DNA from: Nannocystis pusilla
GTDB lineage: Bacteria; Myxococcota_A; Polyangia; Nannocystales; Nannocystaceae
DNA length: 64,000 nucleotides
NCBI RefSeq assembly: GCF_049337375.1
Contig: NZ_JBMPIV010000015.1
Direction: 5' to 3' (one strand)
Below are positions 48,560-57,817 of the stretch, one piece after another (position 1 is the first letter of the stretch; each line of letters starts with the position of its first letter). A program made the translations under genes and the position numbers. The notes beneath the pieces were generated by a model, which saw only the letters and a list, made by a program, of their open reading frames with translations, did not search any database and was not told the origin of the DNA.

Positions 48560-50043
48560 GTCTTTTTGCTCATGTTGATGATGACCTTCTTCGACCCGGT
48601 ATGGATCACCGGGCGCGGGTCGGCGAACTTGCGCACGCAGGCGACGCCGTCGCCGAACGGGCCCGCGCCCTCGTAGATCGGCTCGATGACGATGCGGCCG
48701 GCGCGATCGATGAAGCCCCACTTGTGGTCGACGCGCACGGCGGCCAGGCCCTCGCTGAAGCTCTGGGCCAGGTCGAAGCGCGGCTCGATGACCATGCGGC
48801 CCTCGCGGTCGATGAAGCCGGTCTTGGCGCCGACGCCCACCGGGGCCAGGCCCTCGGCGAAGTTGCCGGCGCGGAGGAAGCGGAAGTCGACGGCGGCGGT
48901 GCCGCTCTTGTCGCAGTAGCCGTACTGGCCGCTGTCGCCGACGGCGGCGAGGTCCTCGTGGAAGTCGCCGGCGTCGGTGAAGCGCGGCTCGATGGCCCAG
49001 GCGCCGCTCACGTCGATGAAGCCGAACAGGTCGTCCTGCTGGACGCAGGCGAGGCCCTCGCAGAACTCGCCGGCGTAGTCGAAGCCGGCGGGCACGACGA
49101 CCTGGCCGGTGCGATCGATGTAGCCCCACGCAGGCACGCCCATCCGCGACAGCGCGCGGAACGGGGCCCGACCCTCAGCGAACCGCCCGAGCTGCGAGGC
49201 CTGCGGCGGGGCCGGGACGAACGCGCCGGCGCGGTCGCAGTAGCCGGTCTGGTCGCCGAGCTGCACGCACGCGAGGCCGTCGGCGAAGCTGGCGGCGGCG
49301 GCGAAGCGAGCCGGGATGACGAGCTCGCCGCGGACGTCGATGAAGCCCCAGCCGCCGTCGAGCTTGACCGCCGCGAGGCCCTCGCTGAAGCCGAGCGTCA
49401 GCGCGTAGGCCGGGGCGATGGCGACCTCGCCGCCGGCGCGGACGAAGCCGAAGCGGTCGCCGTCGCGGAACGGCAGCAGGCCGCTGGCGTGGGGCAGGGC
49501 GAACCGCAGCGACGAGGCGGCGAGCACCTGCCCGCGCGGGTCGATCAGCAGGAACGCGCCCGGCTCGCCGTGCGGGTTCACGTACGGGAAGTCGATGTTG
49601 CGCAGCAGGGCGCCCATCAGCGCGTCTGGCGATTCGGACAGGTCGGCGCCGGACTCGACGCGGCTGGCCACGCGGTCGAGCAGGGCCACGACTTCCTTCA
49701 TGCCGATCGGCGCGTCGCCGAGGTAGGTGCCGAACTCGTGGCCGAGCCGCAAGGTGCAGCGCGACTTCTTCTTCGGGCCCTCGAGCACCTCGATCTCGTG
49801 CTGGTAGTCGGCCATCGCGTCGCCGTGCAGGCCGGTCGCCGCCTTGAAGCCGTACTGCGCCAGGCGGCCGAGGACGTCGCCGTACACCTCGGGCGGCAGC
49901 TGCACCTCGCAGTGGCGGCCCTGCGAGGTCCACGTCGCCCGTCCGTCGGGCTCGAGCGTCAGCGTGTCGACCTCGCTCGAGTGGCGGGAGCCGACGCGAT
50001 AGACGATCTGGGTCGCACGGCTGAGGGTGCCGGTGGCGTTCAT
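48556..50043 (-). CDS. WG-repeat (KWG-like) beta-propeller protein
   Basis: More than 8 repeats of GF(I/V)D..G..VI.P.F......F.EGLA.V. 4-bp overlap with the rsgA start. Confidence 0.7.
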   Translation of the reverse strand: MNATGTLSRATQIVYRVGSRHSSEVDTLTLEPDGRATWTSQGRHCEVQLPPEVYGDVLGRLAQYGFKAATGLHGDAMADYQHEIEVLEGPKKKSRCTLRLGHEFGTYLGDAPIGMKEVVALLDRVASRVESGADLSESPDALMGALLRNIDFPYVNPHGEPGAFLLIDPRGQVLAASSLRFALPHASGLLPFRDGDRFGFVRAGGEVAIAPAYALTLGFSEGLAAVKLDGGWGFIDVRGELVIPARFAAAASFADGLACVQLGDQTGYCDRAGAFVPAPPQASQLGRFAEGRAPFRALSRMGVPAWGYIDRTGQVVVPAGFDYAGEFCEGLACVQQDDLFGFIDVSGAWAIEPRFTDAGDFHEDLAAVGDSGQYGYCDKSGTAAVDFRFLRAGNFAEGLAPVGVGAKTGFIDREGRMVIEPRFDLAQSFSEGLAAVRVDHKWGFIDRAGRIVIEPIYEGAGPFGDGVACVRKFADPRPVIHTGSKKVIINMSKKT

Positions 50044-50135
50044 CTCGGGGGTCCTCGGGGGGCCCGACTATAGCGCGGCGGTCCTCCGCAGGAGGCCGGC
50101 GAAGCAGCCTCGCGGCCGGCCGCCGGCGCGCGCGC

Positions 50136-50795
50136 TCACGAACCGGTCGCGGCCGGACCGGCGTCGCCGTCGTCGCGGTCGAGGGCGCGGCGGATGCTGG
50201 CGGCCCAGCCTTCGAGGTCGGTGAGGGTGGCCTGGAGCTCGGCCGGCGAGCGGGCCAGCTCGGCGAGGCGGGCCCGCAGCTGGTCCTTGCCGAGGCGCAG
50301 CCGGCCGCGCACGGTGCCCTCGGGCACGCTGAGCAGCTCGCTGATCTCGCGCCCCGACAGGCCCTCGAAGATGTTGAGCTCGAGCACGATTTGCTGGTCG
50401 AGCGGGATCTCTCGCAGCGCCAGCACGAGCAGCTGGGCCTCGCGCCGGCGCATGACGATCGAGCTCATCGACGACGGCGACAGGTCCTTGGCGCACAGCG
50501 CCCCGAAGTCGAGCGCCTCGCCCTGACGCTTGTGCTTGGTGCGGATGTAGAGGCGCAGCACGTTGAGGGCGATGGCGAAGACGAACCGCTTGAAGCTGGT
50601 CTCGCCGCGGAAGCCGTCCTTCGCCTTGGTGCACTCGAGGAAGGTCTGACTGACGAGGTCGGCGGCGTCGTGCTCGCTCGAGACCTTGTTGCGGAAGAAC
50701 CGGGCGATCGCGCCGAAGTGTCGCTTCACCAGCCGCTCTCCCGCGCCGCGATCGCCGCTGCGCCAGGCCGAGAGCAGTTCCCAGTCGGGGTCCAT
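50136..50795 (-). CDS. ECF (sigma-70 family group 4) RNA polymerase sigma factor
   Basis: Region 2 FFRNKVSSEHDAADLVSQTFLE. Region 4 LSGREISELLSVPEGTVRGRL. Divergent from the kinase gene. Confidence 0.85.
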   Translation of the reverse strand: MDPDWELLSAWRSGDRGAGERLVKRHFGAIARFFRNKVSSEHDAADLVSQTFLECTKAKDGFRGETSFKRFVFAIALNVLRLYIRTKHKRQGEALDFGALCAKDLSPSSMSSIVMRRREAQLLVLALREIPLDQQIVLELNIFEGLSGREISELLSVPEGTVRGRLRLGKDQLRARLAELARSPAELQATLTDLEGWAASIRRALDRDDGDAGPAATGS

Positions 50796-50868
50796 GGCGC
50801 CTCGATCTTACCTCCGATCGCGCCGCCCGCGGGGCCGCTCCGCCTGTTATCTTCACTGCGATCCGACG

Positions 50869-53800
50869 ATGTCGACGCCGCCCCACACGCCGCCCGACAC
50901 GCCTCCCGACTTGAGGGCCGCCCGCGGTGCAGGTGCGGGCACGTGGGGTGACGTCGACGTCCATCGTCTCCACGCGCGCGTGATGGGCCGGCTGTTCGGC
51001 GAGCCGGCCGCGCCCACCATGATCGGGCGCTTCCACGTCGAGCGCCGGCTCGGGGAGGGGGCCATGGGCGTCGTGTATGCGGCCGTCGACGCCCAGCTCA
51101 ATCGCCGCGTCGCCATCAAGCTGCTGCACCCGCACCTCCAGGGCGACGACCAGGGTCGCGCCCGCCTGCTGCGCGAGGCCCGGGCGATGGCACGCCTCGA
51201 GCACGAGCACGTGGCGCGGATCTACGAGGTCGGCGCGTGGGGCGACCAAATCTACATCGCCATGGAGCTCATCGAGGGCGTGACCCTCGAGGCGTGGCTG
51301 CGCGAGCGCCCGCGGCCGTGGCAGGAGGTGCTCGCGGTGTACCTGCAGGCCGGGCGGGCGCTGGCCGCGGCCCACCACGCCGGCCTGCTGCACCGCGACT
51401 TCAAGCCCGAGAACGTGCTCGTCGACAGCCGCGACCGCGCGCGCGTCCTCGACTTCGGACTCACCTGCGCCCTCGATTTCGGCGAGGCCCTCGACGACGA
51501 GCTGATGCCGCTGACGCGCACCGGCAGCATCCTCGGCACGCCCGCCTACATGGCGCCCGAGCAGCAGCGCACTGGCAACGCGGAGCCGCGCTCCGACCAA
51601 TTCAGCTTTTGCGTGGCGCTGTTCGAAGGTTTGTTCGGTCTGCGGCCGTTCGGCTCGCTTCCGCGCTTCGGGCAGGTCGAGATCGCGCCCATTCCGCGCG
51701 AAAGTCGCGTGCCGTTGCGCGTCCGCCGCGCGATCATCCGCGGCCTGTCCGAAAAGCCAGCCGAGCGCTGGCCGACGATGGAGGAGTTGCTCGCGGCCCT
51801 GCAGCCGCGGCGGCGCTTCGCCGAGAACCCCGAGCCGGTGCCCATACGGACGTGGCTGATCGCCGGCGGCGCGGCGGCCACCGCGGCGGGCCTGGTCGCG
51901 CTCGGGGTGTCGCTGGCACAGCCCGAGGCGGGCGCGGCCGCGGCCGCGGTCCCGCAGGCCGCCGCGCCCGAGAGCGCCCCGGCCGACGCGCAGGCCGGCG
52001 AGCTGGCGGTCGAGCGCGCGGCCGCGGAGCGCCAGGCCCACGCGCTGCGGGTCCGCGACGCCGCGTTCTCGCTGCTGCCGCGCGACCCGACCGCCGCGGC
52101 GCTGCTGCTGCGCGAGCTCGACGAGCCGGGCGCGCTGGCCCAGCGCGTGCTGGCCGAGCCGATCAGCCAGGCGATCCTGCGCGGTCACGACGGCGCGGTG
52201 ACGGCGGTGCGCTGGGTCGAGGCTGTCCCGGGGGACAGGGGCGCGGTGCCGGGCGCGGTGGGGGCTGTCCCAGAGGACATGTCGAGCGCGAAGGCGGGAG
52301 ATGTCCTCAAGGACAGGTCGAACGCGCGCCGGCGCGAGGTCGCGCTGGCGAGCGGGGCGGTGCCGGTCGCTGGCGCGCCTGTCCTTGCGGACAGGTCGTC
52401 CCCGCTCGGGCGCGAGGTCGTGCTGGCGAGCGGGCTCTCGGCGGGCGCTGGTGCGCCTGTCCGCGCGGACAGGTCGGACGTACACGTGCGGGAGGTCGTG
52501 CTGGCGAGCGGGGCGGTGCCGGTCGACGGTGCGCCTGTCCCTGGGGACACGTCGCCTGTCCCGCAGGACAGCCCGCGGCCTGCTGCGGCCGCTGAAGATC
52601 TGCGCGGCGCGATCGAGACGGTCGACGCCGCCGGCAACGTCCGCCGCTTCGCGCTGGCCGGCGGGCCGCCGACGCCGGGGGCAGGCGGCTCCGTGGCCGA
52701 TCCGCGGCGCGGCCCCGGCGGCGAGCAGCTCCGCACCGACGCGCGCGGCGGGGTGTCGCTGGTCGCGGTCGATCGGGTCACGCCGCTGCGCGGCGTCGCG
52801 GGTCCGCTCGCGGCGGTCGCCTGGAGCCCCGACGGCGCGCGCGTGGCCGCGGCCGGCGCGCGCGGCGAGGTCTGGGTGGTCGCGGAGGGCCGCGCGGCCC
52901 TGGTCGTCGCTCGCGGCGCGGCGGTGGGCGCGTTGGCGTGGGACCGCAACGGGCGCCAGCTGGCGATCGGCCGCGACGACGGCGGCGTCGAGGTCTGGCG
53001 GGTCGACGGCACCCCGCGGCGGGTCGCCGCGGTGGTCGGCGACGGCGGCGTCACCGGCCTGGCTCTCGGGACAGGATGGTTCGCCAGCGGCAGCGACGAC
53101 GGCAGCGCGCGGGTGTGGCGGATCGGCGGGACCGCGCGCCCCTACGTGCTGCGCGGCCACACCGGGCCGGTGCGGGCGCTGGCGTTCGCGCCGGTGGGCG
53201 TCCGCTTGATCACCGGCAGCGACGACGGCAGCGCGCGGGTGTGGCGGCTCGCGCCGGCCGCCTTGCGCGAGCACGACCTCGGCGCGGCCGTGCACGCGCT
53301 CGCGTGGAGCCCCGACGGCACCGCCCTGGCCGCCGCTGGCGCGCGCAGCGTGTGGCTGCTGCCGACCGACGACGGCCCGGTGCGCCGGCGCGACCACGCC
53401 GGCACCGCGCTGGCGCTGGCCTGGCGGCGCGACGGCCAGGAGCTGGCGATCGCCGACGACGGCGGCGCGGTCACCTGGATCCCCCGCGGTGAGGGGGCGA
53501 CGCGGCGCGTCAGCCTCGACCGCCGCCCGGTCTCCGCCCTGGCCTGGGATCCTCGCGCCGATCGCCTGGCCGCCGGCGGCAGCGAGGGCGCGTTCTTCCT
53601 CTGGCCTTCGGGACATGACTTCAAGGACATGCTCGATCCGTCCCGCGCGCCGCAGGGGCGCGGGGCCATCACCGCCATGGCGTGGTCGCCGGTCGACGAG
53701 CGGCTGGCGGCGGTCACCGCCTCCGGCTTCGTGCTGGTGCGCGTCGAGCAGACGGTGTTCATCGAGCTCGGCCACCCGCTGCGCGCGCTGGCGTGGAGCC

Positions 53801-54258
53801 CCGCCGGCGACGCCCTCGCGGTCGCCGGCGAGGGCAGGGCGCTGATCCGCGTGGCGGCCGCCACCGGCGTGCGCACCGAGCTGGGGCGGGCCTCGGCGGC
53901 GCTGACGAGCGTGGCCTGGGACCCGCGCGACGGCTGGATCGTCGCCGGCGCGGCCGACGGCGCGCTCCTCTTCTGGTCGCTGCAGGGCGACGCCGGGCCC
54001 GAGCTGCTCGCGGGCCACGGCGGCGGCGTCAACGCCCTCGCGTACGACGCCGGCGGCGATCGCCTCGCCTCGGCCGGCGCGGATGGCCGCGTCGTCGTGT
54101 GGCCGCGGCCCGGCGAGGGCCTGCGCGCGCGCCTCGCCGCCGCCACGCGCGCGTGCCTGCTGCCCGCGGAGCGCCGGCGCCACCTCGGAGAGGCCGACGA
54201 CGTCGCGGAGGCGCGGGCCGGCGCCTGCGAGCGATCATTTGGTAATTCGAATTACTAA
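50869..54258 (+). CDS. Ser/Thr protein kinase with C-terminal WD40 beta-propeller and an internal tandem-repeat linker
   Basis: Kinase subdomains GEGAMGVVY, VAIK, HRDFKPENVL, DFGL, APE. Linker has three ~20-aa repeats REVVLASGAVPV.GAPV.ADRS encoded by palindromic CTGTCC..GGACAGG DNA. The C-terminal half has WD40-like repeats. Confidence 0.85.
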   Translation: MSTPPHTPPDTPPDLRAARGAGAGTWGDVDVHRLHARVMGRLFGEPAAPTMIGRFHVERRLGEGAMGVVYAAVDAQLNRRVAIKLLHPHLQGDDQGRARLLREARAMARLEHEHVARIYEVGAWGDQIYIAMELIEGVTLEAWLRERPRPWQEVLAVYLQAGRALAAAHHAGLLHRDFKPENVLVDSRDRARVLDFGLTCALDFGEALDDELMPLTRTGSILGTPAYMAPEQQRTGNAEPRSDQFSFCVALFEGLFGLRPFGSLPRFGQVEIAPIPRESRVPLRVRRAIIRGLSEKPAERWPTMEELLAALQPRRRFAENPEPVPIRTWLIAGGAAATAAGLVALGVSLAQPEAGAAAAAVPQAAAPESAPADAQAGELAVERAAAERQAHALRVRDAAFSLLPRDPTAAALLLRELDEPGALAQRVLAEPISQAILRGHDGAVTAVRWVEAVPGDRGAVPGAVGAVPEDMSSAKAGDVLKDRSNARRREVALASGAVPVAGAPVLADRSSPLGREVVLASGLSAGAGAPVRADRSDVHVREVVLASGAVPVDGAPVPGDTSPVPQDSPRPAAAAEDLRGAIETVDAAGNVRRFALAGGPPTPGAGGSVADPRRGPGGEQLRTDARGGVSLVAVDRVTPLRGVAGPLAAVAWSPDGARVAAAGARGEVWVVAEGRAALVVARGAAVGALAWDRNGRQLAIGRDDGGVEVWRVDGTPRRVAAVVGDGGVTGLALGTGWFASGSDDGSARVWRIGGTARPYVLRGHTGPVRALAFAPVGVRLITGSDDGSARVWRLAPAALREHDLGAAVHALAWSPDGTALAAAGARSVWLLPTDDGPVRRRDHAGTALALAWRRDGQELAIADDGGAVTWIPRGEGATRRVSLDRRPVSALAWDPRADRLAAGGSEGAFFLWPSGHDFKDMLDPSRAPQGRGAITAMAWSPVDERLAAVTASGFVLVRVEQTVFIELGHPLRALAWSPAGDALAVAGEGRALIRVAAATGVRTELGRASAALTSVAWDPRDGWIVAGAADGALLFWSLQGDAGPELLAGHGGGVNALAYDAGGDRLASAGADGRVVVWPRPGEGLRARLAAATRACLLPAERRRHLGEADDVAEARAGACERSFGNSNY

Positions 54259-54264
54259 ATGATC
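54233..54264. promoter_or_regulatory. AT-rich 32-bp near-perfect palindrome overlapping the kinase stop codon
   Basis: GATCATTTGGTAATTCGAATTACTAAATGATC. Conspicuous in a ~70% GC background. Confidence 0.4.
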
Positions 54265-54671
54265 GAATGCGGCCCGACGGTGGCCGCAATGCGTGCAGTC
54301 GAGCGCGCGGCGGCCTGTCGCCCCCAAAGCTCGTCGGCGACCCGGGCAACCACGCAACGCGGCGGAAAATCGCCGTCATACGTCTGTTGCACGGTTTTCT
54401 CGAAATTTTTGTCGGGGGCGGTGATCGATCGGGCGGGTGCCGTTACTCGAGTGACAGGTCGGGTCCCGCGGTCGTCGCGGACTTCCCGCCCCATGCGCCA
54501 CGGAAGGTGCTCTGCCATGGAGGCTGTCTTTTAGGCCAGGATGGCCAATCCTATTTCTCGCGGTCCGCCCAGGCCGTCGCCAGCCTTGTGTGTCCCATGC
54601 AAGGCCGGCCTGTAGGACAGCAACGTCGCCGCGCGCCGCAATGACGCGGCCGCGGCCCTCAAGGAGAGCAC

Positions 54672-55670
54672 ATGTCGACAGTACGATCGCAGGGGCGCAG
54701 TTCGCTCCTGATGGTGGGGATCGCATTGTCCCTGGTGATGCCGGCGCCCGCGTGGGCCGGTCAGCCGGGGGAATCCACGAATGGATGGAAGACCGAATCG
54801 GCGGCCGCGCCGGCCGCGGACGACGATACCGTCGTCCTCGACGATTCGCCGGGGCCCGCGAAGAAGAAGAGCGGGAGCGGCAAGAAGAAGGCCGCCAAGG
54901 CGCAGCCGCGCGAGGCGATGATCAAGGCCCAGGTCGAGAAGGCCGAGGCCGAGCGCGCGCCGCTGCAGGACCAGGCGCAGCAGCTGTCCGACGCCGGCAA
55001 CCTCGAGGGCGCCGTCGGCCTGCTCGCCGGCGGGGCCGAGGCCCTGCGCGACCCGGTGCTGCACCTCGCGGCCGCCGACGCCCGGCAGAAGCTCGCGCGC
55101 AAGCGCAGCGCCGACCAGGCCAAGGCCGAGTGGGAGGCCAGCCTGCGCCACATCGACCGCGCGGACGCGTTGCTCGCGGCCAACAGCGGCGGGGCGGTCG
55201 ACGGCATCCGCGTCAACCCGGACGACCTCGAGACGATGCACGCGTGGAGCACCGAGCTGCGGACCGCGGCCGACGGCGCGCTGCCGGACCTCGTGCGGCG
55301 CACCAACCCCGTCCGTCGCAACGCCCGCGGCGAGCTGATCGCCGGCTCGATCTTCCTCGCCGGCGGCCTCGCGGCCCTCGGCGTCATGGGCGGCGGCATC
55401 TACCTCAGCAAGTCGGCCGACCGCGAGCTGCCGAAGGCCGGGGACAACCCCGAGTACCTCGCCCCGCTCGAGGCGCAGAAGAAGCAGGGCGACACGATGA
55501 CCGCCGCGGGCGCGGTCGCCGGGGTCCTCGGCGTCGCGCTCGGCGTCACCCTGGTCGCGCTCGGCGCGACCGACCTCAAGAAGGCGCGCCAGGAGCAGCT
55601 CTCGCGCGTCCGCGTCGCGCCCGCCGTCTCGCCGACGTTCGGCGGCATGTTCCTGTCCGCGCGCTTCTGA
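54672..55670 (+). CDS. Hypothetical secreted/membrane-anchored protein
   Basis: Signal peptide MVGIALSLVMPAPAWA. Lys-rich segment. C-terminal transmembrane helices. Good GC3. Confidence 0.5.
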   Translation: MSTVRSQGRSSLLMVGIALSLVMPAPAWAGQPGESTNGWKTESAAAPAADDDTVVLDDSPGPAKKKSGSGKKKAAKAQPREAMIKAQVEKAEAERAPLQDQAQQLSDAGNLEGAVGLLAGGAEALRDPVLHLAAADARQKLARKRSADQAKAEWEASLRHIDRADALLAANSGGAVDGIRVNPDDLETMHAWSTELRTAADGALPDLVRRTNPVRRNARGELIAGSIFLAGGLAALGVMGGGIYLSKSADRELPKAGDNPEYLAPLEAQKKQGDTMTAAGAVAGVLGVALGVTLVALGATDLKKARQEQLSRVRVAPAVSPTFGGMFLSARF

Positions 55671-55764
55671 CCCCTGGCCCGAGGCCGCCGATCGTCGCCC
55701 CGGCCCGGGCCCCGCGATCCCCCACCTGTCCTACGGGCCACATCTTCCAGGAGCACCTTCGACC

Positions 55765-57606
55765 ATGACTCAACGATTCTACTCATCGATCCCGCTGATC
55801 TCCGCCGCAGCGCTCGCGCTGATGCTGGGCGGCGCTTGCAAGACCGTCGTCCTGCCGGGCAACGACAGCGGCGACGAGACCGAGGGCACCGGGGGCACCT
55901 CCGCCGGCGGCGGCACTGACGGCGGCAGCAGCACCGGCGGTGACGGCGAGCAGGGCGAGGCCAACTGCGGCGAGCTGTCGGCGCAGACCCTCAACATCCT
56001 CGACAAGAACTGCAAGCAGTGTCACGGGGCCGACAGCGCGGCTCTCGGCAGCATCAACTACATCACCAACCTCGACGCGCTGATCTCGAACGGCAAGGTC
56101 GTGCCCGGCGAGCCGAACAACTCGGCGATCTACCGCCGCATGGCCGCGACCATGCTGCCGATGCCGCCCGAGGGCCAGGAGCCGCGGCCGAGCGAGGACG
56201 ACATCCGCGCGGTCGAGCAGTGGATCGCCGAGTGCGCCGGCGTGACCGGGTGCGGCGAGAACCCGTGGATGACCCGCACGCAGGTGATCGACCTGATCCG
56301 CAACGACCTGCTCAACACGCAGGAGATCTCGGCGGACGCGCGGCCCTTCATCCGCTACTTCAGCCTGGTCCACCTCTACAACTACGGCTGGTGCGACGAC
56401 CAGATCGAGATCTACCGCCACGCCCTGTCGAAGCTGGCCAACAGCCTGTCGAACGAGATCAAGGTCGTGGCGCCGGTCCCGATCGATCCGGACAAGCTGA
56501 TCTTCCGCATCGACATCCGCGACTACGACTGGGACGCGCCGGGCCGCGTGCTCGACATCGAGACCAACACCTTCGTCGAGGAGTTCCGCGACACCTGGGA
56601 GCTCATCGCCGACAAGGACCCGTACGCGATCGAGTTCATCGGCGACAGCGCCGAGGACGTGAAGCAGGCGACCAACACCAAGTTCTTCCTGCTGCAGGCC
56701 GACGCGTTCGTCGAGGTGTCGGCCCAGCCGCCGCTCTACCACGACATCCTGCGGATCCCGCGGACCCGCTTCGAGCTCGAGCAGAGCTTCGGCATCGACG
56801 TGGACGCCAACGTCACCGAGGAGATCGAGACCAACCCGAACCGGGTCGCGCGCGCCGCGTTCCACGAGTCGGGCGTGTCCGAGAACCACCGCGTGATCGA
56901 GCGCCACGACTTCCCGAACGCCAGCAACCGCGTCTACTGGATCAGCTACGACTTCCAGAGCAACGCCGGCGACGCCAACGTGTTCGTCGACCCGTTCGGC
57001 TTCGTCGAGGACGGCAGCGAGATCATCTACAGCCTGCCGAACGGCCTCCAGGGCTACATGATCGTCGACGGCCAGGGCGTCCGCATCGACGACGCGCCGA
57101 TCCAGATCGTGCAGGACAAGAACGCGCCCGACGGCGTGGTCCGCAACGGCAAGTCGTGCATGGGCTGCCACAACGTCGGCATGATCAACAAGGAAGACGA
57201 CCTGCGCTGGGAGATCGACAACAACCTCGGCGAGGGTGACTTCGACGACAACCAGCTCGACGCCGTCCGCGCCCTCTACCCGAAGCGCGACGACTACAAC
57301 GTCCTGCTCGCGCTCGACTCCGACCGCTTCAACCTCGCGGTCAAGTCGGCCGGCGTGCCGCTCGGCGGCGACAAGGAGCCGATCGTCACGGTGTTCAACG
57401 CCTTCGACGAGGACGTCGAGATCCGCCGCGCCGCCGCCGAGCTGTGGACCACCGAGACGACCCTGCGCGAGAAGCTCGGGCAGCTGAGCCCCGACCTCGA
57501 CGATCTCGGCAAGAGCCAGACCGGCGTCCGCCGCGACGTGTTCACCGCCGCCTACAGCGACGCGATCTGCCAGCTCAAGGTCGGCATCACCAAGGCCTGC
57601 AAGTAA
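55765..57606 (+). CDS. Lipoprotein with two CxxCH heme-binding-type motifs (putative diheme c-type cytochrome domain protein)
   Basis: Lipobox LMLGGAC, Gly/Thr/Ser linker. Motifs NCKQCHG and SCMGCHN. 613 aa. Confidence 0.55.
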   Translation: MTQRFYSSIPLISAAALALMLGGACKTVVLPGNDSGDETEGTGGTSAGGGTDGGSSTGGDGEQGEANCGELSAQTLNILDKNCKQCHGADSAALGSINYITNLDALISNGKVVPGEPNNSAIYRRMAATMLPMPPEGQEPRPSEDDIRAVEQWIAECAGVTGCGENPWMTRTQVIDLIRNDLLNTQEISADARPFIRYFSLVHLYNYGWCDDQIEIYRHALSKLANSLSNEIKVVAPVPIDPDKLIFRIDIRDYDWDAPGRVLDIETNTFVEEFRDTWELIADKDPYAIEFIGDSAEDVKQATNTKFFLLQADAFVEVSAQPPLYHDILRIPRTRFELEQSFGIDVDANVTEEIETNPNRVARAAFHESGVSENHRVIERHDFPNASNRVYWISYDFQSNAGDANVFVDPFGFVEDGSEIIYSLPNGLQGYMIVDGQGVRIDDAPIQIVQDKNAPDGVVRNGKSCMGCHNVGMINKEDDLRWEIDNNLGEGDFDDNQLDAVRALYPKRDDYNVLLALDSDRFNLAVKSAGVPLGGDKEPIVTVFNAFDEDVEIRRAAAELWTTETTLREKLGQLSPDLDDLGKSQTGVRRDVFTAAYSDAICQLKVGITKACK

Positions 57607-57817
57607 TCCTCACCCACCAGACCGCCCGGGCAGATCTGGCGACCTGCCCGGGCGGTCGTCTGTCAGCTCGCCGACCTGTCTGAAAGGACATCTCGCGCGC
57701 GGGCCCGCCAGGGACGGGCATAGGTCCGCGCGTGGCCCGGCGCACGCGGGGTGGGGCGCTCGCGCCCGTGCGCGATAGCGTCCTCGCCGCAGGGGCACAG
57801 GTCGTGTACCGTCCTCC

